Assembly: GCA_008632985.1 (NCBI GenBank)
Contig: QPGO01000156.1
Coordinates: 124,001-174,809, forward strand
Length of the DNA: 50,809 bases
Direction: 5' to 3'
DNA from: Psammoneis japonica
Taxonomy: Eukaryota
The notes beneath the pieces were generated by a model, which was given only the letters and a program-made list of their open reading frames with translations, made no database searches and was not told the DNA's origin. Of this stretch, positions 1 to 9,422 are shown piece after piece. Made by a program: the position numbers and the translations under genes. How positions within the stretch are numbered: position 1 is the first letter of the stretch; every line of letters begins with the position of its first letter.

Positions 1-28
1 GTCCAAGAAGGAGGGATTTCATACCGAG

Positions 29-2503
29 TTAGGCATCGACCCACTCGCAATGCATCATCCTTTTTCCTTTCAGATGACGGCTTGCGCAAGATGAATTATA
101 CCCCAACAAAAATCCCCACGTACCAAAGCCACCAATGTTGTAGCTCAGGCATCGACTCTCGCTGAGCAAATAAAGATCCACAAAAATCGAGTAGTATTCA
201 GAAGGCTGCCGTGTTGTGCCGTTGTTTGCTCTGTCGATATGTAGAGGCTCATCATCATGGAGTAAACCCACAATGGGCTTTGAAATTAGCTTGGCATATT
301 CTTGAACAATTTCAACCGCGTGTTTTGAATCAGAAGCAAAGTAGATAGGACCGCCCGGACGCAAACGGGAAGCGCAGTTGACGGCATTAATGGCAAACTC
401 GGCAGTTTCTTTCTCTGAGCGTTCTGCTCGGGCATACAAGGCACGGAGATGAGCTGCTGCATACTCACCCGGCTTTAACCCCAGGCTTGCCATGCTTTCT
501 GAAATGAGTTTCGCCACGGGTGGTGCGGGTGTAAAGATGGAATGGAACATTTCGTGGTAAAACCTGTCATGCGTTGTACTCGTCCACTCCTCGAATTGAG
601 CAGCTCCTCCTGAAATGCTTTGTATTCGCAGTCGTACTATTGTATCGTCGATCTCATTCAGTCTTCTATGAGCGAAATCAAGATCGTATAACTTTGTATG
701 GTCTTCTAGCTCTGACTCCATCCATGAAGGAAGTGACCAGTTCAGTCCTCCGACAGGGGGGACCAAGAATTCCTCCAGTCTACATGGCTTGTTCCAATAC
801 ATGAGCAAGATTCTCCTTGTTCTGAATGCAAGGTAGAGTATGGCCGGCAAGGGCTTTAGTCGATCCGCTGTACCACCGCACTTGTCGTCCTCCAGTGTGC
901 ACACCATAATGAGAAACCGATTAGATTCCCAATTTGCTTTTGTCAGCTGTTCCCGCTGTTCGGTATGCCATTGAAAGTAGTCCTCCAACCACGATGGCAG
1001 TGTCGAAGTTCCATTTCGCATGGGAATCAGCTTGACCTCCCTTTCTTTGAACCGCTTATCCTCCATGGTAGTGCCGACCCCTTCATCCCTGACGAGAGCA
1101 TCAATTGGCGGTTCAAACTTCGCGGGTTTGTATTCAGAGTAAGGTCGTGTTTCACCATCCTTCCAGTCAAAATTGATCAGCGTATGCCTGTTATTTGGTC
1201 GAACATAGCGCGTTCCACAAGACCAATTGCTACTTATCATCAGGCCCCAGTTACCAAATCCACCCTCATTATATGACACACAATTCCCAAGCCCAATCAG
1301 ATACAAGTCTCTAAACGTTGAATAATATTCTGAGGGGTGCCGATCTTTCCAGTTATCGGCCTTGTCCAAATGAAGTGGATTCTCATCATCGTGTACAGAT
1401 ACGATTTTCGTGGACTTGTTCGCTCCGTATTCTTCAGCAAACTTTACAGCGTCCTTGGAATCGGTCGCAAAGTAAATCGGACTGCCAGGGTTGAGACCGG
1501 ACGCGCAGTTCAGAGCTGTTGACGCCATGGCATGGATTTCGTGAAGCGGTCGACGCTTCCTTCCATACAAGGCCCGCAAATGTGCTGCCGCGTATTGCCT
1601 AGGATTTAAACCCATGGTCTTCAAACTTTCTTGGATCATCACTGCAACGGGTGGGACTGGAGTGAAGAAAACTCTCCACAAATCGTGGTAAACCGCCCAA
1701 AATGTTGTTTCGTTTGTCCGTTCGTCAAACCAGGTTGCACCAGCACTATAAGACTGATAGCGAGACAATGCAACGGACGCTTTTGATCGACTTAGGCTTT
1801 CTAGTAATGGCATACTCGGTGCAAAAGGTTTTCGCGGGAGTTGGGATTCAAGCCAGTCCGGAACACGCCAATCCAGACCACCTTGCGGCGGAAGTAAGAA
1901 CTCTTCTAGTTTGCATGGTTTCTCCCAACGAATCAAGAGAATGCGATTTGTGTGATTCGCTAGCAAAGTCATAGTAGGTATCGGTTTGATTCGGTCTGCG
2001 GTCCCCCCGCAATGACTGTCGTCCTCCAGGCACTGCATGATTAGGAATCGTTTCGTCTCCCAGTTGTCCGGGTTTAGCTCCATCATTTGCTCTCGATGCC
2101 ATTGAAGATAATCTTTCATCCACTGTGGAATTGTATTTGATTCATCCCATAAGTTGACAGAGGTTATCTTAGGAATTCTGTAAAGAAAATCAACGTGATT
2201 ATTTCGAGAGGAAGCTTTCTGGTTTTGCTTTGTCAAAACAGGAGGTTTGCCCGTGATAAAATTCTGTAGACTTTTCGAAATCATTTCAGAGTTTGAGTTC
2301 TGCGGAGAGTTACCATAGTACATCATGTGCAGTCCTACAATCAGAGTCAGCTGCATCATCATCAACCTCATCAAAATCAATTTTCGATGGTGTATACAAG
2401 GTTGAGGTTTAGCTCGATTGACCTCTGCATTCCTTCTCGGCGGGTGCTTGTAATTTTTTTCATCTTTTCTCGCTTGCTCAGCTCGACTATTGACGGGATC
2501 CAT
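29..2503 (-). CDS. Type II membrane protein with two tandem fucosyltransferase-like (GT-B) domains, paralog A
   Basis: 824-aa intact ORF with an N-terminal hydrophobic anchor. It has two internal repeats, each with CGGTADR, AAHLR, IYFA(T/S)DS and DLYL..GGFG, resembling motifs I-III of alpha-1,2/1,6/O-fucosyltransferases. Normal TpA/CpG content. Confidence 0.8.
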   Translation of the reverse strand: MDPVNSRAEQARKDEKNYKHPPRRNAEVNRAKPQPCIHHRKLILMRLMMMQLTLIVGLHMMYYGNSPQNSNSEMISKSLQNFITGKPPVLTKQNQKASSRNNHVDFLYRIPKITSVNLWDESNTIPQWMKDYLQWHREQMMELNPDNWETKRFLIMQCLEDDSHCGGTADRIKPIPTMTLLANHTNRILLIRWEKPCKLEEFLLPPQGGLDWRVPDWLESQLPRKPFAPSMPLLESLSRSKASVALSRYQSYSAGATWFDERTNETTFWAVYHDLWRVFFTPVPPVAVMIQESLKTMGLNPRQYAAAHLRALYGRKRRPLHEIHAMASTALNCASGLNPGSPIYFATDSKDAVKFAEEYGANKSTKIVSVHDDENPLHLDKADNWKDRHPSEYYSTFRDLYLIGLGNCVSYNEGGFGNWGLMISSNWSCGTRYVRPNNRHTLINFDWKDGETRPYSEYKPAKFEPPIDALVRDEGVGTTMEDKRFKEREVKLIPMRNGTSTLPSWLEDYFQWHTEQREQLTKANWESNRFLIMVCTLEDDKCGGTADRLKPLPAILYLAFRTRRILLMYWNKPCRLEEFLVPPVGGLNWSLPSWMESELEDHTKLYDLDFAHRRLNEIDDTIVRLRIQSISGGAAQFEEWTSTTHDRFYHEMFHSIFTPAPPVAKLISESMASLGLKPGEYAAAHLRALYARAERSEKETAEFAINAVNCASRLRPGGPIYFASDSKHAVEIVQEYAKLISKPIVGLLHDDEPLHIDRANNGTTRQPSEYYSIFVDLYLLSESRCLSYNIGGFGTWGFLLGYNSSCASRHLKGKRMMHCEWVDA

Positions 2504-2789
2504 TCTCTACCGTAGGGCCCTCTACTCTAGAGAGTAGTCTAGACTTCGTCAGGGGCGATGAGGGTTGTTACTTACAGTTTGGTTCTCCATTCTCCACACG
2601 GTTATTGTTGCTCGATCGTCGCAAAATCGTCGCCTCGCACAATCGCCAATTTGAATTTCTCTTTTTTATGAACGTAGAAACATATCCACATCCACGTGCC
2701 TTTGAACATTTTATATATTCAAATTTGGGGGTCACACTTTGTTGGTGCTTCTCCACAGAAACCTCAGGCAACAAAAAAAGAGAGACAGC

Positions 2790-4280
2790 ATGATGAATGT
2801 GCTTGTCATCGATTCTCTCTAGAGGTGCATCGAACACGTCGCTCACACATCTCTTTGCTGCTCACCCCTCTGGCCAGTGCAGCAGCCAGAGAGTCAAGGG
2901 ACAAAGCGATCTGCAAGAGACTCTTCAAAAACACATGCACCGGGAGTTGCCAGAGTTTTGCCATTTTTTCTTTGACATTGTGGCCCGCCGCTGCTTTGGG
3001 TGCACCCGTTTTGTGTTGTGCTGGCATTTTGGACAGGCTGTTGCTGCTTGTCAGCTCTGCCCCCCCTCCCCTGCACACCATCCATGGGGGTGCGCAGCCT
3101 GCCAGTGCGACAAAAACGCTCGTCGGCTCATTTGGTGGTCATGGCTTGCTCTTTCTCCCCCCAACAGATTTGTTGAAACTGCTGTGTGCCACCCCTCCTG
3201 ATTGCTGCAGAGCAGAAAGGGAGGGCACACTTTGCTTTGCTTTGCTTTGCTTTGCTGAGGTGCATGCAGGGTGCATGTGCCAGCCCCCTTCATCACACAC
3301 CTTGTTGTGCTTCTCCCACCTTCAGGCAGTCACCCATCAGCCCGCCACATTCACACACAATGTCTGCATGTGATCTGGCATTCTGCCTCTCCCTTTGGCA
3401 CCCTGGGCACCACCTTTTCTCCATCATTTGTTGTGTGTGTGTCAGAGTGCACTTTTGTCATCATCATTGTGAGGAGTTTGAGAGCGAGTTTTGCTTGCAG
3501 CCCATGCCGCCTCCTCCCTTTGTGGTTTTCTGGCCAGAGCTTTAACTCCAGGTTCCCTTTGCATTTGTTGCCCCCAGCTTGAGATCTGGTGCTTCTGGCT
3601 TGTGGTGCCACAAAACCAGCCAGAGAGCCAGTCCAAGAATGCACCATCAAATGTGCCACACCAGAGAACAACAGAGTCAAGAGTGATGGAGGGCAATCAA
3701 CCCATCTGTTGCAGAAAAATTTTCCCACCAGCCATCTCAAATGTTGCTCTCAAGCAACTGTTGTGCAAAACCCCCTTTTTCTTGGTTTGCTTGCCACTTG
3801 TTGCCTTTGAAAGTGTGCTTCCTGACGAGTGCAGCACAATTCAAAAATGATGCTGAATGCTGTCACCCAGTGCAGAAAACCCACAGCCAGCATTCCCAAG
3901 TTGTCCATGGCTTCATTTTGTCATTTTGTTCCTCCTTCTCCTCCTCTGACACTTCATCTGGGCTTGTTGTTTTTTTGGTGACAGCCACATTGCTGGTGGT
4001 TGCTTTTTGTTCAACTTGCCCTTCCTCCAGTGCCATTCTTTCTTGCCTTTGCTGCACCAGATGTCAAAGTTGTTTGAAACACTCTGCTCCTTTGCCCCCC
4101 CCCCCCCGAGTCACACTGCTTTTGCTGGGTTGGTGGTGCAGCTGTTGGCTGTGGTTCCACCGCAGACGAGATGGATCTGCTGACTTTTTGGACGACTGGC
4201 AAGGCATGCTGTTGCTGCAAACATGTTTAGATTCTGTGACACTGACACTCCAGAATGTTTGCATGTCAGAGCAATTGAAA
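2790..4280. other. Hypermutated degenerate block of unknown origin
   Basis: Almost no TA or CG dinucleotides and TG/CA-rich. Only spurious Cys/His-rich, Tyr-free ORFs. Boundaries approximate. Confidence 0.6.
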
Positions 4281-4289
4281 GCTGTCGCA

Positions 4290-6477
4290 ATTTTGGAGCC
4301 TGTGTGGTTGCATGGGCTGTTCCAACATGATGAATTGCACCCCAGCATGAGTCGCCAACCCAAAAGTCACCAGAGTTGTGGCTTAAATGTTGACTCTCTC
4401 ACAAGTGACAAAGGTCGGCAAAGATTGCACAATCCTCTGACATGCATCGTCTGGTGGCGTTGGTTGCTCTGGCAATGTGAGCAGTTTCATTTTCATGGAC
4501 CAGACCCACAACAGTCCTTGATTGGTCTTTTGCATGTTTCTGAACAACTCGGACTGCACATTTTGAGCACAATGCAAAGTGGGTGGGTGATGCTGGATTG
4601 AGAGGAGCAATTGACCAAGTTCATTGCAAGCTCGGGCGTTTCTTTCTCTAACCCGTCCATGCCCATGTCGCAGGAGGTGCGCTGCTGCATGCTTTCCTGG
4701 CTTCAATCCCGGATCCTCAATGTTTTTCGATGTTGCCTTTGCCAAGGAGGGCAACCGCATGAAGATTGTGAGTGGAACATTTCACTGGGAAGGCCATCTT
4801 GTGTTGTGCTGATCCACTGTTCTCAGCATGTGGCACTGCCATCATTGTGTTGGACTCGCAGATGCACAATTGTTGTGTCATCAAAGCCCTCCAGCGCTCT
4901 GTCGATTCGGCGGAACTCCGTGAGTCATCGTTCAGTTTGGATTCCATCCAAGAAGACAGTGTCTGAGCAAATCCACCAGGAGGAGGGGCGAACAATTCTT
5001 GCAACTGATGAGGCTTGTCCCAGAGTAAATGAGAGGTGCGTGGGTCGTAAAGGCTTAAGTTGATCGGCCGAGAATGTCAATCGGTGGTTCAAACTTCGTG
5101 GGCTTACATTCAGAGGCAAGTCGTGCTTTGCCATCCGTCCAATCAAAACTGATCAACGCATGTTTGTCATTCGGTTGAACGCATCGCGTCCCACAAGACC
5201 AATTGCCACTCATCAACAGGCCCCAATTGCCAAATCCACCCTCATTGTGCGACACACAATTCCCCAGCCCAATCAGATGCAAGTCTCTAAACATTGAGCA
5301 AAACTCTGAGGGATGCCGATCTTTCCAGTTGTTGGCCTTTTCCAAATGTAAAGGATTCTCGTCATCATGAATGGACGCGATTTTTGTGGACTTGTTTGCT
5401 CCGTACTCTGCAGCGAACTTTGCAGCGTCTTTGGAATCGGTCGCAAAGAAAATCGGACTGCCAGGGTTAAGACTGGACGCGCAGTTCAGAGCTGTTGATG
5501 CCATGGCGTGGATTCGGTGAAGAGGCCGACTCTGTGTTTGACAGAAGACCCGCAAATGTGCAGATGTGCACTGTCCGGGATTTAAATCCATGGTCTTCAA
5601 ACTTTCTTGCATCATCATTGCAATGGGTGGGACTGGAGCAAAGACGACTCATCACAAATCATGGCAAATCGCCCAAAATGTTGTTTCGTTGGCACGCTCG
5701 TCAAACCATGGTGCACCAGCATGACAAGACTGATGACGCGACAATGCGACAAACATTTCTGATCGACTGAGCCTCTCGAGTGCTCGCATTTCCCGTGCGA
5801 AGGGCTTTCGTGGGAGTTGGGGTCCAAGCCAGTCCGGAATGTGCCAATCCAGTCCGCCCTGCAGTGGAAGTAAGAAATTCTCCAGCTCACACGGTCACTC
5901 CCATCGAATCAGTAGAATGCGCTTTGTGCAGATAATTTGCCAACATTGTCATGGCAGGTGTTGGTTTGATTCGGTCTGCAGTCCCCCCACAGCGACGGTC
6001 GTCCTCCAGACACTGCATGATTGGGAATTGTTTTGTCTTCCAGTTGTCCTGGTTTGGCTCCATCATTTGCCCTTGATGCCACTGAAGACAATCTTTCATC
6101 CACTGTGGAATTGTGGTTGATTCATCCCATGAGTTGATGGGTTCTTTTTCATGAGTTCTGCAAAGAAAATCAATGTGTTTCTTTCCAGAAGTGGCTGTCT
6201 GATTTGGTTTTGGCAAAGTTGGTGGCTTGCCAATGACAAAATTTTGTGCTCTCTCTGAAATGATTTCAGAGTTTGAGTTCTCCGGAGAGTTCCTACAGCA
6301 CATCATGTGCAGTCCAAAAATCAAAGGCAGCTGCAATGTTGCCAACCGCACGAGAATCATTTTGGGATGGCGCATGCAAGGTTGAGCTCGATTGACCTCT
6401 GCATTCTCTCTCGGCAGTTGTTTGTGATCCTCTTCATGTCTTGTCGTTCTTTCAGCTCGACTGCAGACGGGAGCCAT
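4290..6477 (-). pseudogene. Hypermutated pseudogene of the tandem fucosyltransferase-like family
   Basis: Fragments MAPVCSRAE.., CGGTADRIKP, IFFATDSKDA, DLHLIGLGNCVSHNEGGFG and PGKHAAAHL align to 29..2503 and 9423..11909. It has frameshifts, an internal deletion near 5070 and many Tyr->Cys/His changes. Confidence 0.9.
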
Positions 6478-6949
6478 TCTTTGGCCTTCTTCAGCAATGC
6501 TCTTGCTGTGTTGTCGATGGCCGAGGTTGTTTCATGGCTGCAGCAGGACGGAAAGCTGGGAGCATCGTCAGAAGGCAATGGATTCTAATCAATGATGACA
6601 TTCCATCTTTGTGCCCTGTGGGCATTCAGTTTGGTGCTTGGGGATCGTACGAGATCAGCTTGGTCGTGGTTCAGTGCAAAGGAGGTGTGTCTTTTCTGCG
6701 CAGTTCTACGTGAATCCCGTGTGGACAGACCGTGACTCCAATGCGCTGCTGCATGTGCTGCACGGCACTGTGCATGCCGGCACTGTTGCTGCACAAGCAG
6801 GGCCCACCGGTGTGACAGAGCCCTCTCTACTCTAGAGAGATGACGAAGCAAAATGTCCGTACACTCGCGGCCCACCCTTTTTCTCTCCATCCCCAAGCGC
6901 ACTCCACGCAACCCTTCCACCACACATTGTCTCCTGACCCACCTCTTCC

Positions 6950-8950
6950 AACACCACAGACCCTCTGATCACTGACAAGCACGCCACTGCCTGCGCAGCC
7001 TTTTCTGTGTTGCTTTTGTGGAGTGCATGTGTTTTGGTTTTGGCGACCCCTTGTGAAACGGAGTTCACATTGTGCGCATCAAAATTCCTGCAAAAAATCT
7101 TTTGCAGCACAAAGCAGGTCCACTTTGCCATGAAGAGCTGCGCCACCGCGCTGTGTTGCTCAAAAAATGGGGACAGCAGATTGTTCATTCTTGGGCTTGA
7201 AAGATCAGCCCCCGCTCAGTTTGTTTTGCACTCAAAGTGTCTCTTGCCATCACCACACAACAATGATTTCCGCACTTGCGTGTCCATCACTTGCGTGTCC
7301 ATCAAGGCTGCCGGCGAGGCAAGCCAAGGGTTGCACCATGCTCAAAAGATAAGCACCACAAGCAAAAGCAGAGCAAATGTCACAAAAAGTGGAAATTGCA
7401 AGATTGGGTTTCACTCTGCAATTTTGGGTTTCTCCAAACAAGTTCTGAATGATGGCCCAAAGCATTTGCACTGCTCCCACAGAGCAGGGGGCTTTCAGAA
7501 AATCCAATTGTGGCACAACAAATTGTCTGGACACAACCAACATTGACGTCTCATGTGCCAACATCATCTGTTGACTGTGCTTGCAATTTTAGACATCCAA
7601 CCAATTTTGTGTGATTGATCTGACCTTCGCACACATCCACAATTGTCGCATGATTGACATGTGCAATGACACACAACCACAATTTCTTCCACTTGACAAT
7701 GTGCTGCAGGGTGGCAAAATTGTGAGTTCACAGGTTTGACACTTGCAGAGGTGATTTTGGGCACATTTCATTTGTGCTCCAATGTGCACACACAGTTTCA
7801 GCCTGAGGAAAGCCCTGTTTGACAATGTCCACATGTTTCACGTTCAAGACAGCAACTCCACACCAGCAAAGAAAAAGCCAATCTTCTGAACACACACAAG
7901 TCAACCCACAGAACCCAAACTCCCTGCTTTGCTGCCTCCTCTTCTCAAGAAGCACACCACCACATCTGCTCCATGTGGCATCAACTGGCACACTGCACTT
8001 GTGCTGTCACAACACAAAAAAATGCACGTGCTGAAGCAACTTGGGCAAACAAAACATGTTGCTCCATGCAGAGTTCTGTGAGTGTTGCTCAATTGTGCAT
8101 GTGAAGGTGTTCTTCTGCTGCATGTCTGCTGGCATGAACATTTTTGTCATTCCATTGGTTTGAAAGTGCTTTTTGCGCAAGGCAAGCACAAACGACAAGC
8201 TGCTGTCAAGTTTGTGGTGTCCAATCCCCAACAATGTGCAGCTGTTTGCACCAGAAGTTTTGTCAATTTTTGTTCACTCATGAGGGGAGCAAAGAATTTT
8301 GCTCTTGACAAAATCAAAAAATGACCCTCTTTGTGTTGTGTGCAGTGCACAACCAAAAAAGCAGCAAACAAATGAGAAATGATGACCCCATCTAGCACCC
8401 ATTTTGGTGCACCACTGCAGCAAGTTTCATTGCCATCAAAAAACACACACAAATGAAAGAGACACATTTTTGTTTTGTGGCCTCATTCCCAAGTTGGCAG
8501 CTTCATGAAATGTGTTTGTGCTGTGCACTAAAACACCCAGTTTTTGCACTCACAGAGTTGGTGGAACACATGCTGCATTGTGAGTTTGGCCACTTGTGCC
8601 TCCCTTGCAGATGCAGCACCAGGAGGTTTGCTCCCCCCCCTCCCCTGCTAACTCGCCATTCACAGGGCAGCCATGGTGAGGCATGTCATGAGGTTTCCTT
8701 GGTAATTTTTCCAGCAGAGTTGACCTTGCCACCTCCACCCTTTTATCCTTTTCCTCCTTGTCATCATCAGAATCATTTTCAGTTTGGCAAAAGTTGGCAA
8801 CACCCAGCTCTGCTCCTTTTTTGTTTGTCTTCTTGCACATGTTGTGTGTGCTCGCCAAGCGACTCATTGGCTTGAAATTTTCATTCTTGAGAGTCATCGC
8901 AGCAGCTGGGGTGGGGCTGACAAGGGTGACAGAAAGCGCTGACAAAATCA
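6950..8950. other. Hypermutated degenerate block, probably an old TE
   Basis: TA- and CG-depleted, with an abrupt return to normal composition near 8965. No recognisable domain. Confidence 0.55.
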
Positions 8951-8954
8951 AAAG

Positions 8955-9288
8955 ATGATGAAATGATTACAGATCAGTTGGGAGTTGCAGATTCGGGCAT
9001 CGAAGCATCGCCACGTTTGTTGTTGTGCGCAATTCGATGACAGACTTGTACAGTCGAATTTGGTGCGTTTGTGAGCTAATATACGCAAGCAATCTAGGAT
9101 TGATACCGGAACATACGTTTGTTACGGGTCCTGATTGCTTTGCTGGTTTGTGCACGAGATGCATTGACGCTGAGGCCACAAGAATTGAAGATAAGGCCAA
9201 GATCCTGCAAGTTTTGCTTAATTTTCATAGTTACCAGGAAATCGACGATTTCATTGATCAGTTTCGAGCCCAGGAAGCACCTGACTAG
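8955..9288 (+). pseudogene. 5'-truncated, frameshifted remnant of a 'RLWCVYE'-motif (HET/TIR-like) family gene
   Basis: Reads ITDQLG..EASP, then after a frame change FVVVRN..DLYSRIWCVCEL..CIDAEAT..DKAKIL. The 5' part is replaced by the degenerate block. Confidence 0.4.
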
Positions 9289-9422
9289 TATGGCAATCTT
9301 CGCGGGAGGTATGAAAAAAAGTTGCGGATTTCAGGTTGGATTACTTTCCGCCGGCCACGTGAAGAATACCGGCATTCCAATGCGGACACCTGGGAGCAAT
9401 CGAAAGAAATCAGGATTTGACA

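Noticed and set aside
2790..8950. Many 60-290 aa ORFs as real genes (also at 15.1-16.7, 20.8-22.1, 29.3-32.8 and 45.1-50.7 kb)
   Set aside because: They overlap in all frames, are Tyr-free and Cys/His-rich, and show no domains. Loss of TAA/TAG stops explains them.
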